64,000 nucleotides of DNA from Candidatus Dormiibacterota bacterium (GTDB lineage Bacteria > Chloroflexota > Dormibacteria > Aeolococcales > Aeolococcaceae). The translations under genes and the position numbers were made by a program. Shown here piece by piece: positions 32,942-44,732 of this stretch (positions within the stretch are counted from its first letter, which is position 1; each line of letters begins with the position of its first letter). The stretch spans positions 1 through 64,000 of the forward strand of contig CAVPXI010000021.1 of NCBI GenBank assembly GCA_963709585.1, given 5' to 3'. Below the pieces are notes generated by a model that was not told where the DNA came from, ran no database searches, and saw nothing but the letters and a program-made list of their open reading frames with translations.

Positions 32942-33541
32942 ATGGAGAAGCTGAGCGGCGTGACCAAGCTGAGCGCTGCAGATTCGCCGCCCGTCGACCG
33001 GCGCCAGGACCTGGTGGCCGCCGCGTATCAGCAGATCGCACGCCTTGGGTTCGAAGGGCTCCGCACTCGCGACGTCGCAGCCGCGGCCGGGGTCAACGTC
33101 GCGACGCTGCACTACTACTTCCCGACCAAGGAAGCGCTCATCGGCGGTGTCCTGAAGCACTCGATGGAACGGTTTCGTTCGACCATGCCTGCCGGCGGGT
33201 CACCCACCGAGCAGCTGCGCAACCACTTCAAGGGCATCCGACGCCTGGTCAACGAGGAGCCCGAGCTCTTTGCGGTCATGGGCGAGCTGGCGCTGCGGTC
33301 AGCCCGCGACCCCGCCATCCGTGAGCTGTATCAGCAGACGACCGATATCTGGCAGGCCACGGTGCGTGGCCTTCTCGTCAAGGCAGCGCGCGACGGTTCG
33401 CTGGCCGGATCGCGGAATCCGGACGCGCAGGCGTCGCTGGTCGTCTCGGCGCTCACCGGCGCGTCGATGATTCCGCTCTCGCGGCCGGCGCGGTTGAAGG
33501 AGACCATCGCGGAGCTCGAGCGATCCCTCAGGCTCAGCTGA
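32942..33541 (+). CDS. TetR/AcrR family regulator
   Basis: 'GFEGLRTRDVAAAAGVNVATLHYYFPTKEAL'. Confidence 0.92.
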   Translation: MEKLSGVTKLSAADSPPVDRRQDLVAAAYQQIARLGFEGLRTRDVAAAAGVNVATLHYYFPTKEALIGGVLKHSMERFRSTMPAGGSPTEQLRNHFKGIRRLVNEEPELFAVMGELALRSARDPAIRELYQQTTDIWQATVRGLLVKAARDGSLAGSRNPDAQASLVVSALTGASMIPLSRPARLKETIAELERSLRLS

Positions 33542-33631
33542 GGCAGCGCCGTGCGCAGTCCGCCTCAGCCCTCGAAACGCGGGCGATCCCCATCATGGTG
33601 GGATGCAAATCCGTTTCGACGCTGAGCCCCG

Positions 33632-34585
33632 ATGAGAGCCGTCGTTCATGACACGTATGGGCCGCCCGACGTCCTTCGCGTCGAGGATGTCGCTCGGCCG
33701 GTACCCGGTGACGACGAGGTCCTGATCAGGATCCGCGCCACCACCGTGAGCCGGACCGATTGCGCGCTCCGCGCCGGCGAGCCGTTCTTCTCCCGATTCA
33801 TCACCGGTGTCCGCCGGCCGAGACGGAGGATTCTCGGCAGCGACCTGGCGGGCGAGGTCGAGGCAGCCGGCATTGCGGTCACCCAGTTCAAAGCGGGTGA
33901 CCACGTCTTCGGGATCAAGCCCTGGAAGTTCGGCGCCCATGCGGAGTACATCTGCATGCAGGAAGGCGCCGCGCTGGCGCAGATGCCCGCCGGCGCAGCC
34001 TTCGACGAAGCAGCGGCGGTCTGCGACGGGGCGATCCTGGCGCTGAACTGCCTGCGACCGGGAAAAGTCAGGACCGGGCAGTCGATCCTCATCTACGGCG
34101 CGTCGGGATCCATAGGCACCGCCGGCGTGCAGCTGGCGAAGTCACTCGGTGCGCAGGTCACCGCGGTGTGCAAGACCCAGAACGCCGAGCTGATGCGGTC
34201 GCTCGGGGCCGGCGAGGTCATCGATTACACCCTGGAAGACTTCACCAAGAACGGCCAGACCTACGACGTCATCTTCGATGCCGTCGGCCATCTTTCGTTT
34301 GCGCGCTGCAAGGCTTCGCTCAAAGCCGGGGGCGTCTTCCTGCCTACGGATGGATTGAAGAACCTCGCGCTGGCCGCATGGACCGCCCGGGTCGGCGACC
34401 GCAAGGTGGTGTTCAAGCTTCCTCCGAAGTTCACGAAGCAGGACGTGCTCTTCCTCAAGGGCCTCATGGAAGCCGGGAAATACCGCGCGGTCATCGATCG
34501 ACGCTACCCACTCGAACAGGTCGTCGAGGCCACCAGGTATGTGGAGTTGCACGAGAAGACCGGAAACGTCGTCCTGACGGTCTGA
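33632..34585 (+). CDS. MDR-superfamily NAD(P)-dependent oxidoreductase (quinone reductase-like)
   Basis: 'YGPPDVL', 'IYGASGSIG', 'VIDRRYPL'. Confidence 0.88.
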   Translation: MRAVVHDTYGPPDVLRVEDVARPVPGDDEVLIRIRATTVSRTDCALRAGEPFFSRFITGVRRPRRRILGSDLAGEVEAAGIAVTQFKAGDHVFGIKPWKFGAHAEYICMQEGAALAQMPAGAAFDEAAAVCDGAILALNCLRPGKVRTGQSILIYGASGSIGTAGVQLAKSLGAQVTAVCKTQNAELMRSLGAGEVIDYTLEDFTKNGQTYDVIFDAVGHLSFARCKASLKAGGVFLPTDGLKNLALAAWTARVGDRKVVFKLPPKFTKQDVLFLKGLMEAGKYRAVIDRRYPLEQVVEATRYVELHEKTGNVVLTV

Positions 34586-34606
34586 GACGAATATTCCGCT
34601 GACGGC

Positions 34607-35279
34607 TCAGACGTCTCTGGTGCCGGGAACCACCAAACCGCTTTCGTACGCGAGAACGACGAGCTGGGCGCGATCCCGTGCGCCGATCTTCGACATCGTC
34701 CGGCTGACATGCGTCTTTGCGGTCAAGGGGCTCAGGAAGAGCCGCGCGGCGATCTCGTCATTGCTGAGACCGCCACCGACCAACGTCAGCACCTCCCGCT
34801 CGCGCGCGGTGAGATCTGCGAGTCCGGCCGGGTCCGCCGTCGGGGCTGAGGGCCGCGATGCGATGTCTGCGATGAGGCGCCGGGTGACACCGGGTGAGAG
34901 CAGCGCATCGCCGCGGGCGATGACGCGCACCGCCGCGATCAAATCGGCCGGTTCTGTGTCCTTGACGAGAAAACCACTGGCTCCCGCGCGCAGCGCCTGG
35001 TACACGTACTCATCGGCTTCGAAGGTGGTGACGATAAGCACTCGAACCGATGCAAGGTCAGCGTCCGCGGCGATGCGTCGGGTTGCCTCGAGACCGTCCA
35101 TCCCCGGCATGCGGATGTCCATCAGCACCACGTGCGGATGCGTGTCCCTCGCCAGCCTGATTGCCTGCGCGCCGTCGGATGCCTCACCGACGACCTCGAT
35201 GTCGTCGGCTGAGTTCGAGCAGCATTCGAAATCCGCCTCGCACCAGGGCTTGATCGTCGGCGAGGAGCACGCGGATCAT
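34607..35279 (-). CDS. NarL/LuxR family response regulator (+1 frameshift near 35214)
   Basis: 'MIRVLLADDQALVR', 'LMDIRMP', 'LTAREREVL', 'TAKTHVSR'. Confidence 0.9.
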
Positions 35280-36514
35280 GCGCTTCCGTCGAGCGGCAGT
35301 TCGGCGTGCACCACGAAGCCGCCGCCCGGCGACGATCCCGCCTCGAACGTCCCTCCCGCGGCGAGCGCGCGCTCACGCATTCCCACGAGCCCATGGCCTG
35401 CACCCGAAGCCGCGACATCGGCCGGGCCATCGTTCGCGGATGCGCCTCGTCCGCTGTCGCGGACTTCCACGCCGAGACGGTCGTCGCCCCACGCCAGGGA
35501 CACGGTGGCGCTGGCCGGACCGGCGTGGCGAATGGTGTTGGTCAGCGACTCCTGGATGATGCGATAGGCGGCCAGATCCACGGTGGCGGCGAGCCGCCGT
35601 GGGGTCCCGACGATCCGCAGCGTGGTGTTCAGCCCGGCGCGGTTCGTCGTTGCCAAAAGGTCGTCGAGCATGGCCAGCCCCGGTGCCGGTTGCGTCGCCT
35701 CGGCCTCGTCGGACTGGCGCAGCACGTTGACAATCGAGCGCATCTCGCGCAGCCCTTCCTTGCTGGCGAGCCGGATCGCTTCCAGTGCGGCGGCGGCGTG
35801 CTCGGGGTGATCGCGCGCGACGTGGGCAGCGGCACCTGCCTGCACGTTGATCATCGACAGCGTGTGCGCAACTGCGTCGTGCAACTCGCGAGCAATGCGC
35901 AACCGCTCAGCGTCGACACGTCGCGCCGCCTCCTCCTCACGGGTGCGCTCAGCCTGATCCGCGCGTTCCTCCACCGCGCGCAGGTAGGCACGGCGGTTGC
36001 CGAGGGCCACGCCGATCGACACAGCCGCCACGATCTCACCGGGAATGAGGAACTCGCCACCGCCGAGTGCGCCAAAGGGATTGCCGATCGCCGTCGTCAC
36101 CAGCAGAACTACCAATGTCACCAGTCCGGCGATCAGTGCCTCACGGCTCGACACGATGGTCGCCACCGTGTAGAGCGCAATCATCACGTCGAGAAGGGCG
36201 GTGCCGTTGACGTAGGCAAGCAATGAATACACCGCGACACAGGTCAGCGACACGCCCAGGACGGTGAGCGGAAACCGCCGCCGCCAGGCGAGGCTGATGG
36301 CGGCGATCGCGACCAGCACGAACACCATCCAGCTCGCGTTCGGGACCGCTGCGTGCCCGCCTGAGACCACGGTCTGCCCCAAGCCGTTCACTCGGCCATT
36401 GGCCTCGCCGATCGATCCGACCAGGGTCACCGCCAGCATCACCAGCGCGAGGATCCAATCCCGTACATCGAAGCGGCTGTCAGGGCGGCGGCGGAGTGCG
36501 AAGGCGGCGATCAC
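35276..36514 (-). CDS. Membrane sensor histidine kinase (HisKA_3)
   Basis: 'ERLRIARELHD', 'QESLTNTIRH', 'GHGLVGMRER'; TACGCT 6 nt before GTG 36514. Confidence 0.92.
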   Translation of the reverse strand: MIAAFALRRRPDSRFDVRDWILALVMLAVTLVGSIGEANGRVNGLGQTVVSGGHAAVPNASWMVFVLVAIAAISLAWRRRFPLTVLGVSLTCVAVYSLLAYVNGTALLDVMIALYTVATIVSSREALIAGLVTLVVLLVTTAIGNPFGALGGGEFLIPGEIVAAVSIGVALGNRRAYLRAVEERADQAERTREEEAARRVDAERLRIARELHDAVAHTLSMINVQAGAAAHVARDHPEHAAAALEAIRLASKEGLREMRSIVNVLRQSDEAEATQPAPGLAMLDDLLATTNRAGLNTTLRIVGTPRRLAATVDLAAYRIIQESLTNTIRHAGPASATVSLAWGDDRLGVEVRDSGRGASANDGPADVAASGAGHGLVGMRERALAAGGTFEAGSSPGGGFVVHAELPLDGSA

Positions 36515-36571
36515 ACGTGGAGCGTACGGCGCTACGGCTGCGCACGCATCCCTCCTCGAGAGGCGTTCGAC

Positions 36572-36587
36572 TACTCCCACGGGAGTA
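36572..36587. promoter_or_regulatory. 7-2-7 inverted repeat, probable NarL-type regulator site
   Basis: TACTCCC-AC-GGGAGTA between the kinase and MMPL genes. Confidence 0.6.
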
Positions 36588-36716
36588 CTCGTCACCGGGA
36601 ACAGGCAGATTGGAGTACGCAGATTGCCTCCTCTCGGGGGACGACGCACGCGTGGGCGCTGCCGAGACTGAGGGCGTCGGCTGATCAGAGCCCGGCGTCA
36701 CCAAGGAGGCAATCAG

Positions 36717-38853
36717 ATGACCCGCATCACCCGCTTTGCGCTCGGGCACCGGGCCCTGATCGTGCTGTTCTGGCTCGCGACCGCGGTCACCGGCGCAATG
36801 ACCGCCGGGCTCACCGCGAGCCGGATGACCAACAGCTTCTCGATGCCCGGGCAGGCGATCACGACCGACTCCCGGATCGTCTCCGAGTACGGCAGCACGG
36901 CTCAGGCACCGCTCGTGACCGTCGTCACGGCGCCTCGAGGTCAGCGCATCACCACCCCGAGCGTGACCGCGGCCACCGCGAGCATCTTCGATGCAGCGCG
37001 AGTTGGTGCGGGGGTGCACGTGGTCGACTACGCGTCGACGCACGACGCGGCGTTCATCACGCGCGACGGACGGTCGACGTTCTCGCTGACCTTCCTGCCA
37101 CCGGCAAACTACGACGGATCCGGCGGTCTCGAGCCGGTCATCGCGAAGGCTGTCGAGTTCCGCGACCCCCGCGGGCTGGCACACCGGTTTCACCAGCATC
37201 ACGTTGCTGCAGGCGCCGGCGGCGGCGAAGAGTGGTGGCACGAGCGTGCTTCTCGAGGCCATGGTCGGCGGGCTCGGCGCACTGGTGATCCTCGCCTTTG
37301 TCTTCGCCAGCTTTCTCGCGTTCCTGCCGCTCATCATGGGCGCGACGTCGGTGCTGTCGACCTTCCTCCTGGTCCTCGGCCTCACCACCATTACAGGCGT
37401 CAGCATGATCGTCGAGTTCCTGATCGCCCTCATCGGGCTCGGCGTCGCCATCGACTACTCCCTGCTGGTGGTGACCCGTTGGCGTGAGGAGCGCGCGCAC
37501 GGACGTGACAACGTCGCGGCGGTCGAGGCGGCGATGGCGCACGCGGGGCGGGCGGTGGTGTTCTCCGGGCTGACGGTGGCGGTCGGGTTGCTCGCGCTGA
37601 TCGTGCTCCCGGTGCCGATGCTGCAGAGCGTCGGCTACGGCGGCGTGCTGGTCCCGCTGGTCTCCGTGGCGGTCGCGGTCACCCTGCTGCCCGTCGTGCT
37701 CGCGACTGTCGGGCCGCGCCTCGACTGGCCGCGCCTCCGCAAGGAGAACAGCGCGAGCCGGATGTGGACTGCATGGGCACGCGGCGTCTACGGCCACCGC
37801 TGGCCGGCGGCGATCCTTGGCACCGTCATTCTTGGGTTGATCGCGTTTCCGGCGCTGTCACTGCAGCTCGGAGAGCCGGCGAGCACCTCGCTCTCCACGA
37901 CCGGCCCGGCCCGTGACGCGTTGACCACGCTCACGGCCGGCGGCGTTCCCAGTGGGGTTCTCACTCCGATCGTCGTGCTGACCAACGGAGCAACGAGCGT
38001 GACCTCAACGCTGGCGCATGTGCAGGGGGTCGACACGGCAGTCACCACCCCGGACCAGCAGCGCACCGACAGCGCGTTGATCACCGTGCTGCCGTTCGCT
38101 GAGGGCAGCCTCGGCGCCGGACAGGACACCGTGCGCGCGGTCCGCGCGGCGATCGGCTCCAATCCGGCCGTCGTCGGCGTCGACGGCGATGGAGCGCAGT
38201 TGATCGACTTTGACAACGCGGTCTACGGCAACTTCCCGCTCATGCTCGCGTTGATCGCGGTCGCGACGTTCCTGCTGCTGGCGCGAGCCTTCCGATCAGT
38301 GGTTCTCGCGCTGAAAGCCGTGGTGTTCAACCTGGTGTCTCTTGCCGCGGCGTACGGCGCGCTGACATTCATCTGGCAGCAGGGCCACGGCAGCCAGGCC
38401 CTGTGGGGCATTCCCGCATCGGGTGCGATCACCATGTGGGTGCCGCTGATGGTGTTCGCGTTCCTCTTCGGGCTCTCGATGGACTACGAGGTGTTCATCA
38501 TCGCCCGCATCCGCGAGGCGTACGACAACACCGGGTCGGCGCGTGCGGCGGTGATCGAGGGTGTCGGGCGTACTGGACGGCTGGTGACCAGTGCTGCGCT
38601 GATCCTGATGCTCACGTTCCTGTCGATGTCGAGCGGACCGCAGACCGACATCAAGATTCTCGCAACGGGGCTCGGCGCGGGCATCCTCGTCGACGCTGTG
38701 GTGGTGCGGGCACTGATGGTGCCGGCCATGGTTGCACTGTTCGGCCGCTGGAACTGGTGGATGCCGGTGTGGCTCGCCCGGATCCTGCGCGTCCCGGCCG
38801 CTCCGATCACCCGCCGCGTGCTACCCGCGCCACAGCTGGAGCGCGCTGCGTAG
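36717..38853 (+). CDS. MMPL family (RND) transporter (+1 frameshift near 37158)
   Basis: 'GLGVAIDYSL', 'AGRAVVFSG', 'FGLSMDYEVF', 'GRWNWW'. Confidence 0.92.
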
Positions 38854-38864
38854 GAATCAGTCAC

Positions 38865-38895
38865 CAGGCCCCGTCGCAGTGCGCGGCGGGGCCTG
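38865..38895. terminator. GC-rich hairpin between convergent genes
   Basis: CAGGCCCCGTCGC...GCGGCGGGGCCTG. Confidence 0.5.
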
Positions 38896-38937
38896 AGCTG
38901 ACCACGCGGGGGCACTGCTCAGGCAGGCAGGGACCGG

Positions 38938-39739
38938 TCAAGAATCGAGGGCAAGGTGCGCCGCTCGTGCGGCTTCCTCGGCGGCGTCGGCGGCCTGCTC
39001 GGCATCCGACGCTTCCCCGGCGGCAAGCCGGGCTTCCGTCGCCAGCCGGTCCGCCTGCCGCCGCTTCTCGTCGGCAACGACTCGTGCACGCGCCGCAACT
39101 TCGTCCTGCCTGGCCGCATCGCGTTGCGCGTGGCGGTGCGCAACGACTTCGAGGCGGGCAGCTGGTCGGTCCTGCGTCGGTCCAGGAGAGTCCGAAGAAG
39201 TCCGCCGGCGCATCGGCTCGAGGATTGCCGAAAGCTCGGGGCCGTCGTTGCCGGGATCATCGATTGCTCCAAAGCCGGCCACATCGAGGTCACGATCGAG
39301 CGTGCCGGTCCACAGCGCGCGGCGTTCGGGTGCGCCGCCGGTTGCAGCCGCCTGGAGCGTGGCGCGGATCCGGCGGCCGGTCTCGTCGCTCGCGGCGTGG
39401 CCGGCGCTCGCGAGCATATCCGTGGCGGCACGAGCCGCGGCCTCGACTTCGATCGCGCAGCCGCCCCGTGGCGGCCAGGAGATCCTCTCGACTTCTCGTC
39501 CCTGCGGCGGCGTTCTGGTGAGCGTCGCGCGCATCGGCTCCGACCGCCAGAAGCTCGGTGATCAGCGCAGGGTTGTCGACGGCGAGCTGGTCGATCGCCC
39601 ATACGCCCACGGAAGGCTTGCGCAGCTTGCCGATGGCGAGAGCCGTATCCCGATCCGTGGCTCGAAGTTCGCGAGCCATCGCCGATCTCCGTGCGACGAA
39701 GTCCTCCAGCGGGCCGTGGTACAGGCCGGCGGTTTCCAC
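38938..39739 (-). CDS. Conserved hypothetical coiled-coil protein (+1 frameshift near 39448)
   Basis: 'LYHGPLEDFVARR', 'LRKPSVGVWAIDQL', then 'ATLQAAA' and a helical tail in the next frame. Confidence 0.7.
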
Positions 39740-39785
39740 GACTCAGGAGTGTGACGCCGCGATCGGCTGACCCGGAGCCCAGTGC

Positions 39786-41469
39786 TCAGGACATCCGTGA
39801 CGAGTGCGCGAACGCGAGGTACTCGTGGACCGAGCGCACCGCGGCGGAACCCTCTCCAACGGCTGCCGCGACTCGCTTGGTCGAGCCGGCGCGCACGTCG
39901 CCGACCGCAAAGAGCCCCGGATAGCTCGTCTCGAAGGGGAGCGGCGGGCGATCCAGCTCACCCCACCGGGCGTCGTCGCGCCCCGAGTTCGAGTGCCCGG
40001 TCGGTGAGCAGAAAGCCGCGCTCGTCAAGAGCAGCGCATCCGGACAGCCACTCCGATGCCGGCCGGCGCCGATGAACGAGAAGACCGCAACGCATTGCAC
40101 GGTCTGGTCGCCGTCGGGGCCTGTCAGGGTGACCGATTCGAGCGTCCTGGAACCATCCAGCGCGGTGATCTGCGTGCTGGTTCGGATATCGATGCGCGCA
40201 TCAGCCTCGATCCTGTCGACGAGATATCGCGACATGTTCTTGTTGAGATCATCGCCGCGAATCACGAAGATGACCGGGCTGCCCGACTCGGCGAGAAACA
40301 CCCCCGCTTGTCCGGCGGAGTTGCCTCCGCCCACCACCACGACCGGTGCAGGGCTGCAGAGTTCGAGCTTCCATCTCGGTGGCCGCGTAATACACACCGT
40401 TGCCCTCGAACTCATCGAGGCGCGCCACGTCCAGGCGCCGGTAGCGCGCACCGGTGGCGGCGATCACGGCGCGGGCGGCGACATCGGTCCCGTCAGCGAG
40501 GCGGATCACCAGGTGCCCGCCCTGCTCCCGGAGCGCGGTGGCGGCGCACGGGCTGGTCAGGTGGGCGCCGAACTTCTCTGCCTGCACGAAGGCGCGCTCG
40601 GCCAGGTCGGCGCCGGTGATGCCGGTCGGAAAGCCCAAGTAGTTCTCGATACGGGAACTCGCCCCGGCCTGCCCACCGACCGCGATCCGCTCGAGCACCA
40701 GGGTTCGCAGCCCCTCCGAGGCCCCGTACACCGCTGCCGCAAGGCCGGCCGGATCCCCGCCGGCCACGACAAGGTCGAAGCATCGGTCCGGGATGCTTTC
40801 GATGGTCAGCCCCAGGTAGGACGACAGGTCTCCCGGCGTGGGGCGGCGCAGGACCGTTCCCGATGCGATGACAACCGGCAGCTCGTCGGGCGCGACGTTG
40901 AAATCGCGAAGGAGGCGTTCAACTGAGCCGTCTCGGTCCGCGTCGATCCACTCATGGGGGATGCGATTTCGGGTCAGAAATTCCCGCAGTTCGAGCGACC
41001 CGGGCGAGAATCGTGAGCCGACGACGCGGATGACCGCCGCGGCCCCGATGCGCAGCGCCGACCGGCGCGCGAGAAACGCGCCGAGGATCCGGTCGCTGAG
41101 GGTGGGATCGGTGGCGAGGATGCGTCGCAGCGCATCCGCAGGCACCACGATCACCTCGCCGGGCTCCGCCACGCGGGCCGACACGAATGCTCGCTGGCCG
41201 GTCAACAGACTCAACTCACCCAGGAAGCGCCCCGCACCGTGTCTCGCGATCGCCTGCTCCTCGCCGTCGGTCCGCGTCAGGATTTCGGCCACCCCGGACA
41301 GGACCACAAAGAACTCGTAGGCGGCGTCGCCTTCCTGATACAGGTACTCGCCCGCGTCGATGGATCGCCGGGTTCCCAGCTCGTCGAGCAGAGCGATTTC
41401 GGCGTCATCGAGCGTGGGGAAGGCAACGGGATCGTCGAGCGTGGGGAAGGCCACGGGATCGTCAGCCAT
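39786..41469 (-). CDS. cNMP-binding domain / thioredoxin reductase-like FAD oxidoreductase (three indels near 40362, 40062, 39988)
   Basis: 'RFLGEL', 'SSRIENYLGFP', 'VVGGGNSAGQA', 'FAVGDVRAGSTKRVAAAVGEG'. Confidence 0.88.
41408..41461 (-). repeat. 27-bp tandem duplication (DPVAFPTLD x2)
   Basis: Units 41408-41434 and 41435-41461 differ at one synonymous position. Confidence 0.9.
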
Positions 41470-41890
41470 GAGGGCTCCACATGACTTCCCACAGGTGCCC
41501 GTCGAGGTCTCGAAAATAACCGGAGTAGATCCCCCACGGGCGGTCATGCGCGCGATCGGTCACCGTTGCACCGGCAGCCTCAGCCGCGATGAGGAGTGTG
41601 TCCACATCCTCTTTGGCGTCAACTGCGTGGCCGATACTGAATTCGCCTGTCTTTGGTGGCCCGAACGGAACATTCGCGTCCTTCGCCAACTTCGTGCGCG
41701 GGTAGAGAGCCAGAACGAGCCCGCCGCTCAATCGAAACATCACCACAGCCCCATCCGGGGTGGATTCGTCGCCGGTGAACTCGGTGCCGACTACGCCGGG
41801 AGAGTCCAATCCGAGCCCGTCACGGTAGAAGGTGAGCGCGCGATCGAGGTCGCTGACCGCCAGCGTGATCACATTGATGGTGGGTTGCAT
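41462..41890 (-). CDS. VOC family protein
   Basis: 'ITLAVSDLDRALTFY', 'WGIYSGYFRDLDGHLWEV'. Confidence 0.9.
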   Translation of the reverse strand: MQPTINVITLAVSDLDRALTFYRDGLGLDSPGVVGTEFTGDESTPDGAVVMFRLSGGLVLALYPRTKLAKDANVPFGPPKTGEFSIGHAVDAKEDVDTLLIAAEAAGATVTDRAHDRPWGIYSGYFRDLDGHLWEVMWSPHG

Positions 41891-41953
41891 CGCTTTCTCC
41901 GGCGGGTGGGCGCTTGAGACCATTGTGCCGTGGTTCAGACCGCCACCTGGTGC

Positions 41954-43195
41954 CTAGACCGCCTCGCGGTGAGCGCGGCCGGTCAGCCTTTCGAAGGCCA
42001 ACGCCGCTGCCGCGACCAGCGCCACGAATCCGCCGTAGCCAAAGGAGGTATTCAACAGTCCGATGTGGGTGGTGATCAGGCCTGCCGCCATCGCCGGGAC
42101 GCTGAACGCCAGGTAGCTGACCAGGTACACAGCCGAGAGCAACGCCGCCCGCTCGTGCGCCTCGGCCAGCTGGCTCACCGAGCGCAGCGCTCCGAGAAAC
42201 GCGGATCCGAAGCCGCCACCTGCAAGGATTGCCGCCGCGAGGAACACGGCGATCGAGGACGTTCCAAGGGCGACGAGGAACAGGCCCGTCCCGACAAGCA
42301 GCGCCGTGCTACCCACACGAGCCATGGTCGAAGGCGACAGCTCGCGTCCCGCCACCGCGGCCGCGGCGGCTGAGAAGGGGAACAAGCCGATCAGCGCACC
42401 GACCACCGCGTGATTGCTCTGCTCGAAGATGACTGCGAGCAGCGAACCACCGAGAGAGAGAATCAAGCCGCCCAGCGCCCAGGTGGCCACGATGGTTGGA
42501 ACGGCACCCGCGAATGCACGTCGTGCCCGCGTCGGAACCGCGACCTGCGGGCGCAGCGCCGCCACCGCGCCCGGCACGCGCCGCGCGGTTTCCGGCAGTG
42601 CGACGGTGGCTAGCGCCGACGCGACAAAGATCGCGGTGAGAATCGCGAAGATCAGCCGGGTCGGATCCGGAGCGTACTGCACCAGTATTCCCGTTGCCGT
42701 CGCGCCGACACCGAGGCCAAATGTCGGAGCGACACTGTTGAGCAGCGAGCCCAGCCGGGACCCGTCGGCCGGCTGCAGATCCAGCAGGTACGCCCCCAAC
42801 ACACCGATTGCGGCACCGGTCGCCAGCCCCTGGACCACGCGTGCGGCCAAGAGCCAGCCGACTCCGTCGGATCCGAGGAACAACGCCATCGAACTCGCCT
42901 CGACGATGAGGGCGCCCGCCAGCACGACGCGACGCCCAAGGTAGTCGGACAGCCTTCCGACGGTGAGAAGACTCGCCATCAGAGCGAGGACGTACACCGC
43001 GAAGATCACCGTCAGCGTGAGCGCCGAGAATCCGAACTCGGCCTGGTACACGGGATACAGCGGACTCGGGGCGCTCGACGCTGCGGGCACCATCGCCGCC
43101 ATTGCGGCGACCACCCAGAACGCGACGCTGCGCGGCAGCACGCGCGCGGTCGTCTCGCCGCCCACCGATGGTGGCCTTGTGGACAACTGGGTCAT
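41954..43195 (-). CDS. MFS transporter
   Basis: 'PSPLYPVYQ', 'GRLSDYLGRR'; 12-TM pattern. Confidence 0.9.
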   Translation of the reverse strand: MTQLSTRPPSVGGETTARVLPRSVAFWVVAAMAAMVPAASSAPSPLYPVYQAEFGFSALTLTVIFAVYVLALMASLLTVGRLSDYLGRRVVLAGALIVEASSMALFLGSDGVGWLLAARVVQGLATGAAIGVLGAYLLDLQPADGSRLGSLLNSVAPTFGLGVGATATGILVQYAPDPTRLIFAILTAIFVASALATVALPETARRVPGAVAALRPQVAVPTRARRAFAGAVPTIVATWALGGLILSLGGSLLAVIFEQSNHAVVGALIGLFPFSAAAAAVAGRELSPSTMARVGSTALLVGTGLFLVALGTSSIAVFLAAAILAGGGFGSAFLGALRSVSQLAEAHERAALLSAVYLVSYLAFSVPAMAAGLITTHIGLLNTSFGYGGFVALVAAAALAFERLTGRAHREAV

Positions 43196-43196
43196 G

Positions 43197-43268
43197 TCAC
43201 GCCCCGCGGTACGAAGCCTTCGTGAGTGCTTCGGGACCGCCGAACTCGGTCAGCCCGATTGCCTTCAT
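43197..43268 (-). pseudogene. N-terminal remnant of an NADP-dependent MDR oxidoreductase
   Basis: MKAIGLTEFGGPEALTKASYRGA*; first 15 aa match the typical MDR start. Confidence 0.55.
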
Positions 43269-43372
43269 GACGGCGCCGCGTTCCGGATCGCCGGTGTCAG
43301 CCGGGCGTCGAACGCCCGAGAGGGCGCTCCCGCGGACACAGCAGGCACAGGCCAGAAATCTGTGTCAACCCA

Positions 43373-44275
43373 TCACACTCCTCGGTATCCGCCGTTGACC
43401 CAGTCGATGATCGCGTCGGCATATGCGGCCGGGGCTTCCTCCCATGCGTTGTGGCCGGTGGGAAATATCTGCAGTCGCGAGTGGCCGAGCGTCTCGTCGA
43501 GCGCGCGTGCATCGGAGGCCAAACCGTAGGGGTCGTCGCGGCCGACGAGGATTTGCACCGGCATGTTGAGAGACGGCAACTTGGGAGCGAGCGCCTCGAG
43601 ATCCGAGGGGTAGCTCTGCACGTATGCGACGGACTTTGCGAACCGATCGCCGGAGTAGGAAGTCACATAGTCATCTCTGACGATCGTTGGCACGTCGTAG
43701 TTTTTTATGGACGCGACCGACTGGTTGATGACGTCCGCGGGATCGAGGTCCTTGAAGGGGTCGATGCCGCCCGCGTCGATGAAGGTCTTGAGCAGGCCGT
43801 CGACGTGGAGCGGGAAGGTCGCGCCGCCCGCACCGACGATGATGCTGCGGAAGGCTTCTGGGTGGGTGACTGTTGCCCATAGGAGCGCGCCCGTACCGAC
43901 ATCGGGGCCGACCGCATGCGGTCGGTCGAGATCAAAGCTGGATACCAGCCCAATGACAAACTCTCCCATCGCGCGCGGGGACATCAGATCCGCGCGTCCC
44001 TGTGACTGCCCGAAGCCGGGGAGGTCGACCGCAACGAGGGAGAACTGCTCCGCGAGCCGTTGCCACGTGGGCAGATAGGCATAGACGCTTTCTGGCCACG
44101 GGCTCAGCAAGATCACGGCGTCGGCCCCGCGCTTCGGACTGGTCGCGTAGCGGATCCTCAGCCCGTCCACAGTCATGAACCCTGGCTTGATCAGGTCATC
44201 CTCATGGCCACCTGCTTCTCCAGCGTCTGCGCCGGTGCTCCCGGCCGGTGCCTCTTTTGCGCCCGAGACGCTCAC
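43373..44275 (-). CDS. Alpha/beta hydrolase
   Basis: 'SPWPES', 'DLPGFGQS', 'GPDVG' (Asp nucleophile type), 'GHNAWEE'. Confidence 0.88.
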   Translation of the reverse strand: MSVSGAKEAPAGSTGADAGEAGGHEDDLIKPGFMTVDGLRIRYATSPKRGADAVILLSPWPESVYAYLPTWQRLAEQFSLVAVDLPGFGQSQGRADLMSPRAMGEFVIGLVSSFDLDRPHAVGPDVGTGALLWATVTHPEAFRSIIVGAGGATFPLHVDGLLKTFIDAGGIDPFKDLDPADVINQSVASIKNYDVPTIVRDDYVTSYSGDRFAKSVAYVQSYPSDLEALAPKLPSLNMPVQILVGRDDPYGLASDARALDETLGHSRLQIFPTGHNAWEEAPAAYADAIIDWVNGGYRGV

Positions 44276-44701
44276 CTACACTTTCGCCTGTAGCGCCGCA
44301 CGCGCCGAGGCGACGATGTCATCGCTGGTGTTGGCGTGGCCGTCGATCCCCCAGCCGCCCTCCGGCGATTCGGTGATGAGGACCCACGTGCGGTCGGCCA
44401 GGCTCGGGTCGCCTGCCGCCGCGACGACGATCTCAGTCAGTTCCTTGACGACGCCGAGCTGCTTCTCGCGATCGAGGACGTGGACAGGGGTGAGCACCTG
44501 GACACGGATGTAATTGCGGTCGCCGGCTGCGTTCGAGATCGCGTCGGCGGGGAGGTCATGGATGAAGGCAGCGGTGTTGTCGAGGAACAACGGGATCTCC
44601 GGCACCCGCTCCCACCGCATCACGGCCTTCGCGAGATCCTGGGCGAGCGCGTGCCGGTCGTGGAAGGTGCCCTCGGCGGCGAAGACGTCGATCATCGGCA
44701 T
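44276..44701 (-). CDS. Tautomerase superfamily protein
   Basis: Pro-1 start 'MPMIDV'; 'WVLITESPEGGWGI'. Confidence 0.85.
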   Translation of the reverse strand: MPMIDVFAAEGTFHDRHALAQDLAKAVMRWERVPEIPLFLDNTAAFIHDLPADAISNAAGDRNYIRVQVLTPVHVLDREKQLGVVKELTEIVVAAAGDPSLADRTWVLITESPEGGWGIDGHANTSDDIVASARAALQAKV

Positions 44702-44732
44702 GGTTGAACTCCTTGGCGGTGCTGCAGAGGGC